Source: Candidatus Omnitrophota bacterium (lineage in GTDB: Bacteria > Omnitrophota > Gorgyraeia > Duberdicusellales > 4484-171). From it: a DNA stretch of 64,000 bases. The number at the start of each line of letters is the position of its first letter. The stretch's first letter is position 1. The notes beneath the pieces were generated by a model, which saw only the letters and a program-made list of their open reading frames with translations, was not told the DNA's origin and made no database searches. Location: contig PMCS01000024.1 of the NCBI GenBank assembly GCA_003154195.1, positions 28 through 64,027 of the forward strand, written 5' to 3'. Positions 57,306-64,000 of the stretch are shown piece after piece. Position numbers and translations under genes: made by a program.

Positions 57306-57480
57306 AATGATTTTTAATTAAGGAGATTGGGGTATTGGGAAATTAGGATTTGGATATTAGGATACTGGGATATTTGCCTATCGGTTATCGCCTCTTTGCC
57401 GATCCCCCTAATTCCCTAATTTCCCAATCCCCAAATCCCGATATCCTGATCCCCTGATATCCTAAAAGGAGATCCCGATA
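57306..57480. repeat. 165-bp internally palindromic repeat, copy 2, immediately 5' of trxB
   Basis: aattaaggagattggggtattggg...gatatcctgatcccctgatatcc. Confidence 0.8.
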
Positions 57481-57517
57481 CTTTTAAATTAAGTCGCCAT
57501 AATATTACAGGCAGCCT

Positions 57518-57760
57518 TTAGTTCTTGGTTGTTTTTATAAAATATTCGACGGAACGGTCGTAAGTTTTTTCTGCTTGCGGCGTAAAAAAGCAACCGGGTA
57601 GTTCGCCGCTGCGGCGATGATATTCAACGCACTGGCAGCATACACCTTTACGGGGACATGGACTATAGGTACATGTGCAGTTTTTTATATTCTGCGGTTT
57701 ATTAAGGCAAGCCATTTTATCCCGCACCCTATCAGGAAAACCGCCGGCTTCCGTCGACAA
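57518..57760 (-). CDS. small Cys-rich hypothetical protein (9 Cys in 80 aa)
   Basis: CTCTYSPCPRKGVCCQCVEYH pattern. Confidence 0.4.
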   Translation of the reverse strand: MSTEAGGFPDRVRDKMACLNKPQNIKNCTCTYSPCPRKGVCCQCVEYHRRSGELPGCFFTPQAEKTYDRSVEYFIKTTKN

Positions 57761-57764
57761 AGCT

Positions 57765-58259
57765 TCACTTTTTCACCAGTTGTTTTAATTGATTTCTGAG
57801 CTTTATCTTTTGAAAGAAACGCACCCGGTCGGTAAAAACAATCCCGTTGATATGGTCTATTTCGTGTTGAAAAATGACTGCCAGTGTATCATCAGCTTCA
57901 AGCTCTATCGGTTCGCCTTTTTCGTCAAGCGCGGAAAGCCAAACCTTTTTCGCGCGTTTTATTTCCAATTCGATTTCGGGAAAGCTGAGGCAGCCTTCAT
58001 TAAAAATTGTCCTGCCTTCCTTTTTAACGATAACCGGATTTATCAGCTTGAAGACACGGTCTTTTCCGTCTACGACAATCAGGCTTAAATCCACGCCGAC
58101 TTGATTTGCCGCTAAGCCAACGCCCTTGTTGATAACCATTACCGACCGCATTTCGTCAAGCAACTGTCTTATCCGGTCGTCGATTACCGTAACTTTCCGG
58201 CATTTTTTCTTTAAAATCTTTTCAGGCCAGGTGTGTAGTTTTAATTTTGTTTTCTCCAT
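57765..58259 (-). CDS. def: peptide deformylase
   Basis: GVGLAANQVG, EGCLS and HEIDHINGI motifs. Confidence 0.85.
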   Translation of the reverse strand: MEKTKLKLHTWPEKILKKKCRKVTVIDDRIRQLLDEMRSVMVINKGVGLAANQVGVDLSLIVVDGKDRVFKLINPVIVKKEGRTIFNEGCLSFPEIELEIKRAKKVWLSALDEKGEPIELEADDTLAVIFQHEIDHINGIVFTDRVRFFQKIKLRNQLKQLVKK

Positions 58260-58584
58260 CGAGTTCGATGATTTTAGGTTTTAATTTTTTTATTTCTTTT
58301 TTAGAATAAAGGCCGTAAGAAATTATGATTATTTTATCACCTTTGTGGCCCAGCCGCGCGGAAGGCCCGTTCAAGCATATCACGCCGCTGTTTTTTTTAC
58401 CTTTTATCGCATAAGTTTGCAGCCGCGCGCCGTTATTGATATTCAATACGTCTACCCTTTCGTCTTCGGCCAAATCGGCGGATTTCATTATTGCTTCATC
58501 AATCGTTATACTACCGCGGTAATAAAGCTGGGCATCGGTTATCACCGCCGAGTGTATTTTTGATTTAAGCATTATCCGCAACAT
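58222..58584 (-). CDS. panD: aspartate 1-decarboxylase (pyruvoyl-dependent)
   Basis: MLRIMLKSKIHSAVITDAQLYYRGSITID with the GSIT self-cleavage site. Confidence 0.85.
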   Translation of the reverse strand: MLRIMLKSKIHSAVITDAQLYYRGSITIDEAIMKSADLAEDERVDVLNINNGARLQTYAIKGKKNSGVICLNGPSARLGHKGDKIIIISYGLYSKKEIKKLKPKIIELDGENKIKTTHLA

Positions 58585-58609
58585 GCGTACCTCCTAAAAA
58601 CGAAAATAA

Positions 58610-58805
58610 TTAACCACGAGATTCTATTTAAAAACCTAATCTAATACAATTTTAACCACGAGATTACACTGATTACACTGAAAAATACAAATTCCGATGC
58701 TCAAAAACCATCTGGAAACCAGTGAAATCTGTGTAATCATGTGGTTGCAGTTTTATTGTTTTTTTCAACCGCAAAATTATATCTAGAAAATCTGTGGTTG
58801 ATTCT
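58610..58805. repeat. variant copies of the CCAC(A/G)GATT element: two direct AACCACGAGATT copies and two reverse-complement copies
   Basis: 58625 and 58668 aaccacgagatt; 58725-58750 aaatctgtgtaatcatgtggttg; 58785-58805 aaaatctgtggttga. Confidence 0.6.
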
Positions 58806-58841
58806 CTATTTTTCCTTATTTTATTTAACAGTACCAATTTT

Positions 58842-59921
58842 TTACTTATTAATTAACGCGTGCGTCAACGACGCAATCATCAGTTCTTCATCGGTAGGGA
58901 CAACCATGACTTTGGTTTTGGGCGCTATTTTACGTATATCTTTTTTAAATCGCTGGATCAGCCAGGGATTATTCTCCCCCACCCCGGCAGTAAAGCAAAC
59001 CGCGTCCGCTCCACCTAAGATAAGAAGATACGCTCCGATGTATTTTTTTATGCGGTATACATACATATCGATCGCGAGTTTCGCTCTAATATTACCGTTG
59101 GCCATTTCTTTGGTTATGGCGCGCACATCATTACTTACCCCTGATATGGCCAACAAACCGCTTTTACGATTGAGAATCTCATCCATCTGGCTTACGGATA
59201 ATTTATTCTTTTCCATGATGTGGAATACCGCCGCGGGATCGATATCGCCGCAGCGCGTCCCCATAATCAGCCCTTCCAGGGGCGTAAAACCCATTGAGGT
59301 GTCGATAGATTTTCCTTTATTGACCGCGGCAATACTGCAGCCATTTCCCAGGTGGCAGGTAATAATTTTAAGTTTATTCAAAGGTTTTTTGAGCCGTCTG
59401 GCCGCGGCATGCGCGACAAATTGGTGTGAAGTTCCATGGAAACCATACTTGCGGATACAATATTCCTGGTAATATTTCAGCGGTATCGCGTAAAGATAAG
59501 CATACTCCGGGATATTGTGGTGGAATGCCGTGTCGAAAATCGCAACCTGGGGCGTATTGGGCAAAGCTTCTTTGCAGGCGACGATCCCCGCTAAATTTGC
59601 GGGGTTATGCAGCGGCGCCAGATCCGAACATTCTTTGATCTTAGCAATGACCTCATCGTCGATCAAGTGAGGTTTTCTAAAGAATTCCGCTCCGTGCACG
59701 ACGCGATGGCCGATGGCGGAAATTTCCTGCAGGCTTAGAATTATTTTTTCGTTGACCAGCCGGAAAAGTAATTCGTTTATGCCGTCTCGGTGGTTGGCGA
59801 TGGGAGAATCTTTTTCGCCGATTTTTTCGATGACGCCTTTAAAAATAAATTTTTCCCTGGGGAATTCGTAGATTTTATATTTTATCGAGGAACTGCCGCA
59901 GTTGATGACTAATATTTTCAT
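58842..59921 (-). CDS. ackA: acetate/propionate kinase
   Basis: N-terminus MKILVINCGSSSIKY and acetokinase family motifs. Confidence 0.8.
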   Translation of the reverse strand: MKILVINCGSSSIKYKIYEFPREKFIFKGVIEKIGEKDSPIANHRDGINELLFRLVNEKIILSLQEISAIGHRVVHGAEFFRKPHLIDDEVIAKIKECSDLAPLHNPANLAGIVACKEALPNTPQVAIFDTAFHHNIPEYAYLYAIPLKYYQEYCIRKYGFHGTSHQFVAHAAARRLKKPLNKLKIITCHLGNGCSIAAVNKGKSIDTSMGFTPLEGLIMGTRCGDIDPAAVFHIMEKNKLSVSQMDEILNRKSGLLAISGVSNDVRAITKEMANGNIRAKLAIDMYVYRIKKYIGAYLLILGGADAVCFTAGVGENNPWLIQRFKKDIRKIAPKTKVMVVPTDEELMIASLTHALINK

Positions 59922-60016
59922 ATATTTTTTTACTCCGTAAAAAAAATATCCATATCCGCTTCGCGGATAAGAATTAAACTTTTAAAAATTTACATCTTTG
60001 AGGTAAAAAACAAAGT

Positions 60017-60979
60017 TTAAGAAACTTTTTTTTCTTGGGATTTTTTCTGGGCGCGGATTACTGTTATCGCGGTGCAATCAATTACGTCGTCGACGTCGCA
60101 ACCGCGCGAAAGGTCGCTGCAGGGCTGCACTGTGCCCAAGACTATCGGGCCGATTGCCCGGGCGTTAGCGAGACGCTGAGTTAACTTATAACAAATATTG
60201 CCGGCGTCAAGATTAGGGAAAATCAAAACATTCGCTTTACCCGCTACCGGGCTGTCACCCAATTTCTTTTTCGCGACGTCCGCCACCAGGGCCGCGTCGG
60301 CTTGTAATTCGCCGTCGATGGGAAATTCGTCGGTTTTCGATTTAGCGATGTCGACGGCTTCCTTTATTTTGTCCACCCACCTTCCTTCGGCGCTGCCTTT
60401 AGTGGAGAAACTTAACAGGGCGACGCGCGGCGGGTTAAACCCAAGGACATCCCTTCCAAAACGGGCGCTGGATATGGCGATGCCGGCCAGTTGCTCGCTG
60501 GTGGGATAAGGAATCACGCCGCAGTCGGCGTAGATAAAAACACCTTTTTCGCCGTAAGGGCAATTGGGAACGGCCATTATAAAGCAGCTTGAAATAAGGC
60601 CGACCGAGCGGTCGATTTCCAGGCAATTAATTGCCGCCTTAATGACCGCGGAGCTAGTCGCCACGGCGCCGGCGACGAAACCGTCGGCATAGCCGTAACG
60701 CGTCATCATCGAAGCGTAGTACAGAGGGTTTTCCATCAATTCTCGTGATTCTTCGATGGTCACGCCCTTCACCTGCTTGCGCTCGTAAAAGATATGGGCG
60801 AATTCGTCCTGTTTTTTCGGGTCAAGATTATCGTGGGAAAGGACAAGCGGTTGGGCGATTTTTTCTTTTTCGATGTATTTTATTGCCTGAAGGACCCGTT
60901 CGTCGCCGGCTTCAGGAAAAACTATTATTTTAGGATTTTTTTTTGCCGCCTCGCGTAAATTTATTGCAATCTCGTCCAT
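60017..60979 (-). CDS. pta: phosphate acetyl/butyryl transferase (Pta short form)
   Basis: PTA_PTB family sequence; adjacent to ackA. Confidence 0.75.
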   Translation of the reverse strand: MDEIAINLREAAKKNPKIIVFPEAGDERVLQAIKYIEKEKIAQPLVLSHDNLDPKKQDEFAHIFYERKQVKGVTIEESRELMENPLYYASMMTRYGYADGFVAGAVATSSAVIKAAINCLEIDRSVGLISSCFIMAVPNCPYGEKGVFIYADCGVIPYPTSEQLAGIAISSARFGRDVLGFNPPRVALLSFSTKGSAEGRWVDKIKEAVDIAKSKTDEFPIDGELQADAALVADVAKKKLGDSPVAGKANVLIFPNLDAGNICYKLTQRLANARAIGPIVLGTVQPCSDLSRGCDVDDVIDCTAITVIRAQKKSQEKKVS

Positions 60980-61050
60980 GATACCTCCTTATAGCGAACA
61001 TTGGGAAAATTTCTGCTTATTATATCACCGGAAAATAAAAAATCCAAAGC

Positions 61051-62472
61051 TTATATTGAAAGCGCCGCCAAAATCGCTTTGTCTTTGATGGTTAAATAGG
61101 TGGCCCGGCTTATTAATTTTAAAATTTTTATGTTTTCGTGAAGCCTTTCCGGCATTATTCCGGATATATTTTCCCGGTATGCCGGTGACAACAAGAGAAG
61201 AAAAAACGTGTTTTTATCGCCGAACGCTGCCTGATAGGAATGATGATTCCAGTCGCTGCCGATAAAAACAAATATTTTTTTATCTTTAAACGCTTCTTGA
61301 AAAGAATCCCTGATTGATTTTATGACTCGGGCGTCGGGATAAAAATATAGTACGATCTCGATGAACAATGTGTCTTTTTTAATTTTTTGTTTTACCCGGT
61401 TTATCGTATCACTTAAGCTTAATGTTTCAAGCGCGGTTCCTTCTTCATTTTCCAATTTTTTCATTTCTTCTTTATATTTTTCCACAAAATCCTGCGTAAC
61501 AAAATTTATCCTGCGGAAAACCGAATAAAAAACTAAGAAAGACTGGAAAAAATACATTTGCGCCATGAGTTCGCTGACCGGGCTGGAAAAACGCATCCCC
61601 AGTTCAAGGGGCAAAAATAACGGCTCTTTTTTTTCGAACGGCTCCAGCGTCTTAACCGCCAGATTGCTTTTTGAGCCGAGCGATTCCTGAAATAGTTGCA
61701 CCACCCACGTGGTGAAATCCTCGGCGATTTTTTTGTTGACGAGCGGGTGGACAAACGCCCTATCCTGCTCATCGCATTTTTTTGCGAACTCGTATCCTTT
61801 TTCCCGAATGGCTTTTTGATTTTTAAAATAATTTTCGTATATCGCCTGCATTTTTTTTATATTTTTATTTAAGAGCAAATATAACGGGAGGTAAAATATC
61901 AAGGTATGCGGGCAGGAGAATCTTCCGCCAATATCACTTTCGCCATCCAGCTGGATGGGGTACTTCGCGGCTTCTTTCCAACCCAGGGAATCCAATTTTT
62001 CGAAAGCCTGCGGATCGGACAACCACAGGTAATGACTGTGCCAGTCCCGGCCGAAGAGTTCCTTAAGGGTGAGCGCGATAAGCTGGGTTTCTCTGGTTGT
62101 GCCTGATTTCGAGATGGGAATAACCAGGGTTCGTTCCCGGTCTTTTACTTTTCCCAGTAATTCTTCCAAGGCCTTAGGATCGAGGCTGTCGAGGGTATAT
62201 AACGAATGTTTTCCGAACAGTGGGAATAACGATTTTATCCCGTTAATCGAACCGCCGATTCCCACAAAGATAAAATTCGTTTTTCCTTCCAGGATGGGGT
62301 CGAGTTTTTTCAGGGCATTAACAATCGTCCCGAACATCACCCGCTTTGCCCATCCCAGCCGTTTCTTTTCGCCGTCAAACCCGATTATTTTATAAGGGTT
62401 GTCGATAGAAAGGTCGTTTTTTTCCTTTCCAATCGCGTCGCCGAGATATTTGTCTAAGATTTTGAATTCCAC
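61051..62472 (-). CDS. glucose-6-phosphate isomerase-like SIS protein
   Basis: GIGGSINGIKSL and ISKSGTTRET PGI motifs; GGRFS motif in the C-terminal half. Confidence 0.55.
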   Translation of the reverse strand: MEFKILDKYLGDAIGKEKNDLSIDNPYKIIGFDGEKKRLGWAKRVMFGTIVNALKKLDPILEGKTNFIFVGIGGSINGIKSLFPLFGKHSLYTLDSLDPKALEELLGKVKDRERTLVIPISKSGTTRETQLIALTLKELFGRDWHSHYLWLSDPQAFEKLDSLGWKEAAKYPIQLDGESDIGGRFSCPHTLIFYLPLYLLLNKNIKKMQAIYENYFKNQKAIREKGYEFAKKCDEQDRAFVHPLVNKKIAEDFTTWVVQLFQESLGSKSNLAVKTLEPFEKKEPLFLPLELGMRFSSPVSELMAQMYFFQSFLVFYSVFRRINFVTQDFVEKYKEEMKKLENEEGTALETLSLSDTINRVKQKIKKDTLFIEIVLYFYPDARVIKSIRDSFQEAFKDKKIFVFIGSDWNHHSYQAAFGDKNTFFLLLLSPAYRENISGIMPERLHENIKILKLISRATYLTIKDKAILAALSI

Positions 62473-63030
62473 TGGAGCCCCACGGGATTACCCGTGGTAC
62501 CTCTAAATGCGCCCCCGTGGGGCGACGTCCCGTTCCGCTTTCCTGCCTCGCCGATGGCTCGGCAAGGCGGGCATCCCCCGCCTACCGGCGGGGGATGCCC
62601 GCTACGGGATAATAATTATTTTCCCCGCAAAGTTTCGCGGGGAAAATAATTATACCGCAAAAAACAAACCGCGCAAGATATAGATTAACTTTTGACAAAA
62701 TTGAAACTGTACCCTTGCGCTATGTTTTTACCCCTTCGCTATCGCTTCAGGGGTTCACCGCCTCCCGGGATAATTATATCAAGGAAGCGGGATCCCGCCG
62801 AATCCGACGAAGTCGGATGCAGGCGGGAAATTCGACTACCGCCTCACCATTCGCCCCCGCCATCCCATAGATGGCGAGGTCTCGTCAATTCGTTTAACGA
62901 ATTGACGGACTTCGCGCTTTGGCTCGGCGAAGTCTCATTATAAAAACATGGGGAATCCCGGTAACAATTTTTTGCCAAAGAGCGGTTTACCGTATTGCCG
63001 GGATTCCCCCACCGGCAGGGAGACTTCAAG

Positions 63031-63948
63031 CTAATATTCGATACCATAACGAGCCGCCTCGGTTTTGATTGTTTCGCCGACCACGCTCTCGAAAGAAGCG
63101 ACGGCAGTATTTTCCGCCGGTTTTTCTTTCAGGTAGAGATTACGTTGCGCGCTGAGTTTATCGATTTCCTTTTTAATTGTTTCGCGCTGCTCTTGCTTTT
63201 TTTCCAGATATTGCTTCAGTTCCCAAGCGTCCATACCGCGTAAATCCTCTGGAAGCTCGGAAACCCCTAATGTTTCAACTTCAACCGCGTTAGTATGATG
63301 CTTATCCACGAGGTCGTAATCGGCCGTTATTTCGCTGTCCGCCTTATATAATGCCCGTTCCGCGGCAGAGGATGCCTCCATCTTGCTTGCGAGTTCGGTC
63401 CGAGCCGCGGCTTTACTGCGTACCGACGCAGAACCGTAGGCGACAATCGTTCCCTCCAATTCCCGGTTGAGCCGGGCCAAGCCAGTATCGAACGGCGTAG
63501 CAACAACGCGCATGCCCCCGTCTTGCTGAATACAGGCATACCGGCCTTCGCTTAATTTAGCGATTTCCTGCCAGAACGGCGTTGTTTCCGGGACACTGCC
63601 GCATTGGACAGTGTTGATAACGATGTTATCTGTCGCGGCCTCGCGGCATATTGCTTTATAATCGTAACCGTCACTGTAATCGGTATGCGGCGGACAATCT
63701 CCCACCAGAAAAATTATTTTAAGCGTCGTACGATCGTTACTCCACCTCATGCTATGCACCGCTTCATCCAGCGCCTTATTGACATGTTCCGGACTGTCTC
63801 CTCCGCCCTCGGCTTTAAACGACACCAGGTTTCCGTATACGGCGTCAATATCGTCGGTCAAAGGGAAAGTTTTGGTAACATAGGCATCTCCTTTATCCCG
63901 GTAGCCTACCAAGCCGATACTTATCCGTGGCGCTGGCTTTCCTTTCAT
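63031..63948 (-). CDS. vWA-domain protein with a C-terminal coiled coil; N-terminus extends past the window edge
   Basis: vWA fold pattern (IIFLVGDCPPH..., TVQCG); the reading frame is open to nt 64000. Confidence 0.5.
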   Translation of the reverse strand: MKGKPAPRISIGLVGYRDKGDAYVTKTFPLTDDIDAVYGNLVSFKAEGGGDSPEHVNKALDEAVHSMRWSNDRTTLKIIFLVGDCPPHTDYSDGYDYKAICREAATDNIVINTVQCGSVPETTPFWQEIAKLSEGRYACIQQDGGMRVVATPFDTGLARLNRELEGTIVAYGSASVRSKAAARTELASKMEASSAAERALYKADSEITADYDLVDKHHTNAVEVETLGVSELPEDLRGMDAWELKQYLEKKQEQRETIKKEIDKLSAQRNLYLKEKPAENTAVASFESVVGETIKTEAARYGIEY

Positions 63949-64000
63949 AATCTGGTTGGCAATTGACCATATTTTTTGCTTGGCGCCTTCAATGAGCCCG

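Noticed and set aside
14298-58805. Recurrent about 30-bp GTCCACAGATT elements considered as CRISPR repeats
   Set aside because: Copies occur as inverted pairs, not direct repeats. They are spread over 45 kb at gene boundaries rather than in a regularly spaced array, and no cas genes are present.
62860-62900. tmRNA or tRNA-like 3' end (GGCGG-loop-CCGCC-T-CACCA)
   Set aside because: The loop is 12-13 nt rather than 7, and no matching 5' acceptor strand, D-arm or tag-reading frame could be found; kept only as part of a structured-region finding.

Overview
This 64-kb window looks like part of an uncultivated bacterial genome; PVC-like (Planctomycetes-Verrucomicrobia-Chlamydiae) features include prepilin-type pseudopilins, many signal-peptide proteins and a gingipain-like peptidase. 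Coding density is high and almost every gene is on the minus strand; only a ROK kinase and a TPR protein are on the plus strand. Housekeeping content read right to left (the direction of minus-strand transcription) includes: a vWA-domain protein, pgi-like, pta-ackA, panD-def, trxB, tRNA-Glu(CUC), hisF-hisI, a TrpE/PabB-family enzyme, rpsP, yajC-secDF, a short mfd, surA-like-pdxA-ksgA, a polyphosphate module (ppx-ppk1-CHAD-HD), an ABC-F ATPase, proC, mtnP, a PfkB-family kinase, ileS-dksA-like-lspA-rluD, aroA and an FAH-family protein. Accessory content includes a 1763-aa secreted giant protein with an internal 2 x 112-aa tandem duplication; a secreted cluster (C25 gingipain-like peptidase, small secreted protein, Gly-rich GNVGIGTTxP-repeat fibre-like protein); an RRM RNA-binding protein with a long PW[KE]K-repeat tail; a CHASE2 / HD-GYP / GAF-ANTAR / NfnA-like signalling block; and secreted ankyrin, TPR and isoaspartyl-methyltransferase proteins. 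The most unusual aspect is the intergenic architecture: at least three families of short conserved elements, each arranged as inward-facing inverted pairs around AT-rich spacers, recur at more than 15 loci. One such pair brackets a 1.2-kb cassette, carrying a secreted-protein gene, inserted into the conserved pdxA-ksgA junction. trxB is bracketed by 165-bp direct repeats that are each internally palindromic. A different 170-bp palindromic repeat occurs twice. aroA and hisF each carry an in-frame GC-rich or palindromic insertion. A copy of the aroA promoter and 5' end is duplicated upstream of the giant gene. No CRISPR array, transposase or integrase was seen. All calls rest on reading the six-frame translations and the raw sequence; no database searches were run.
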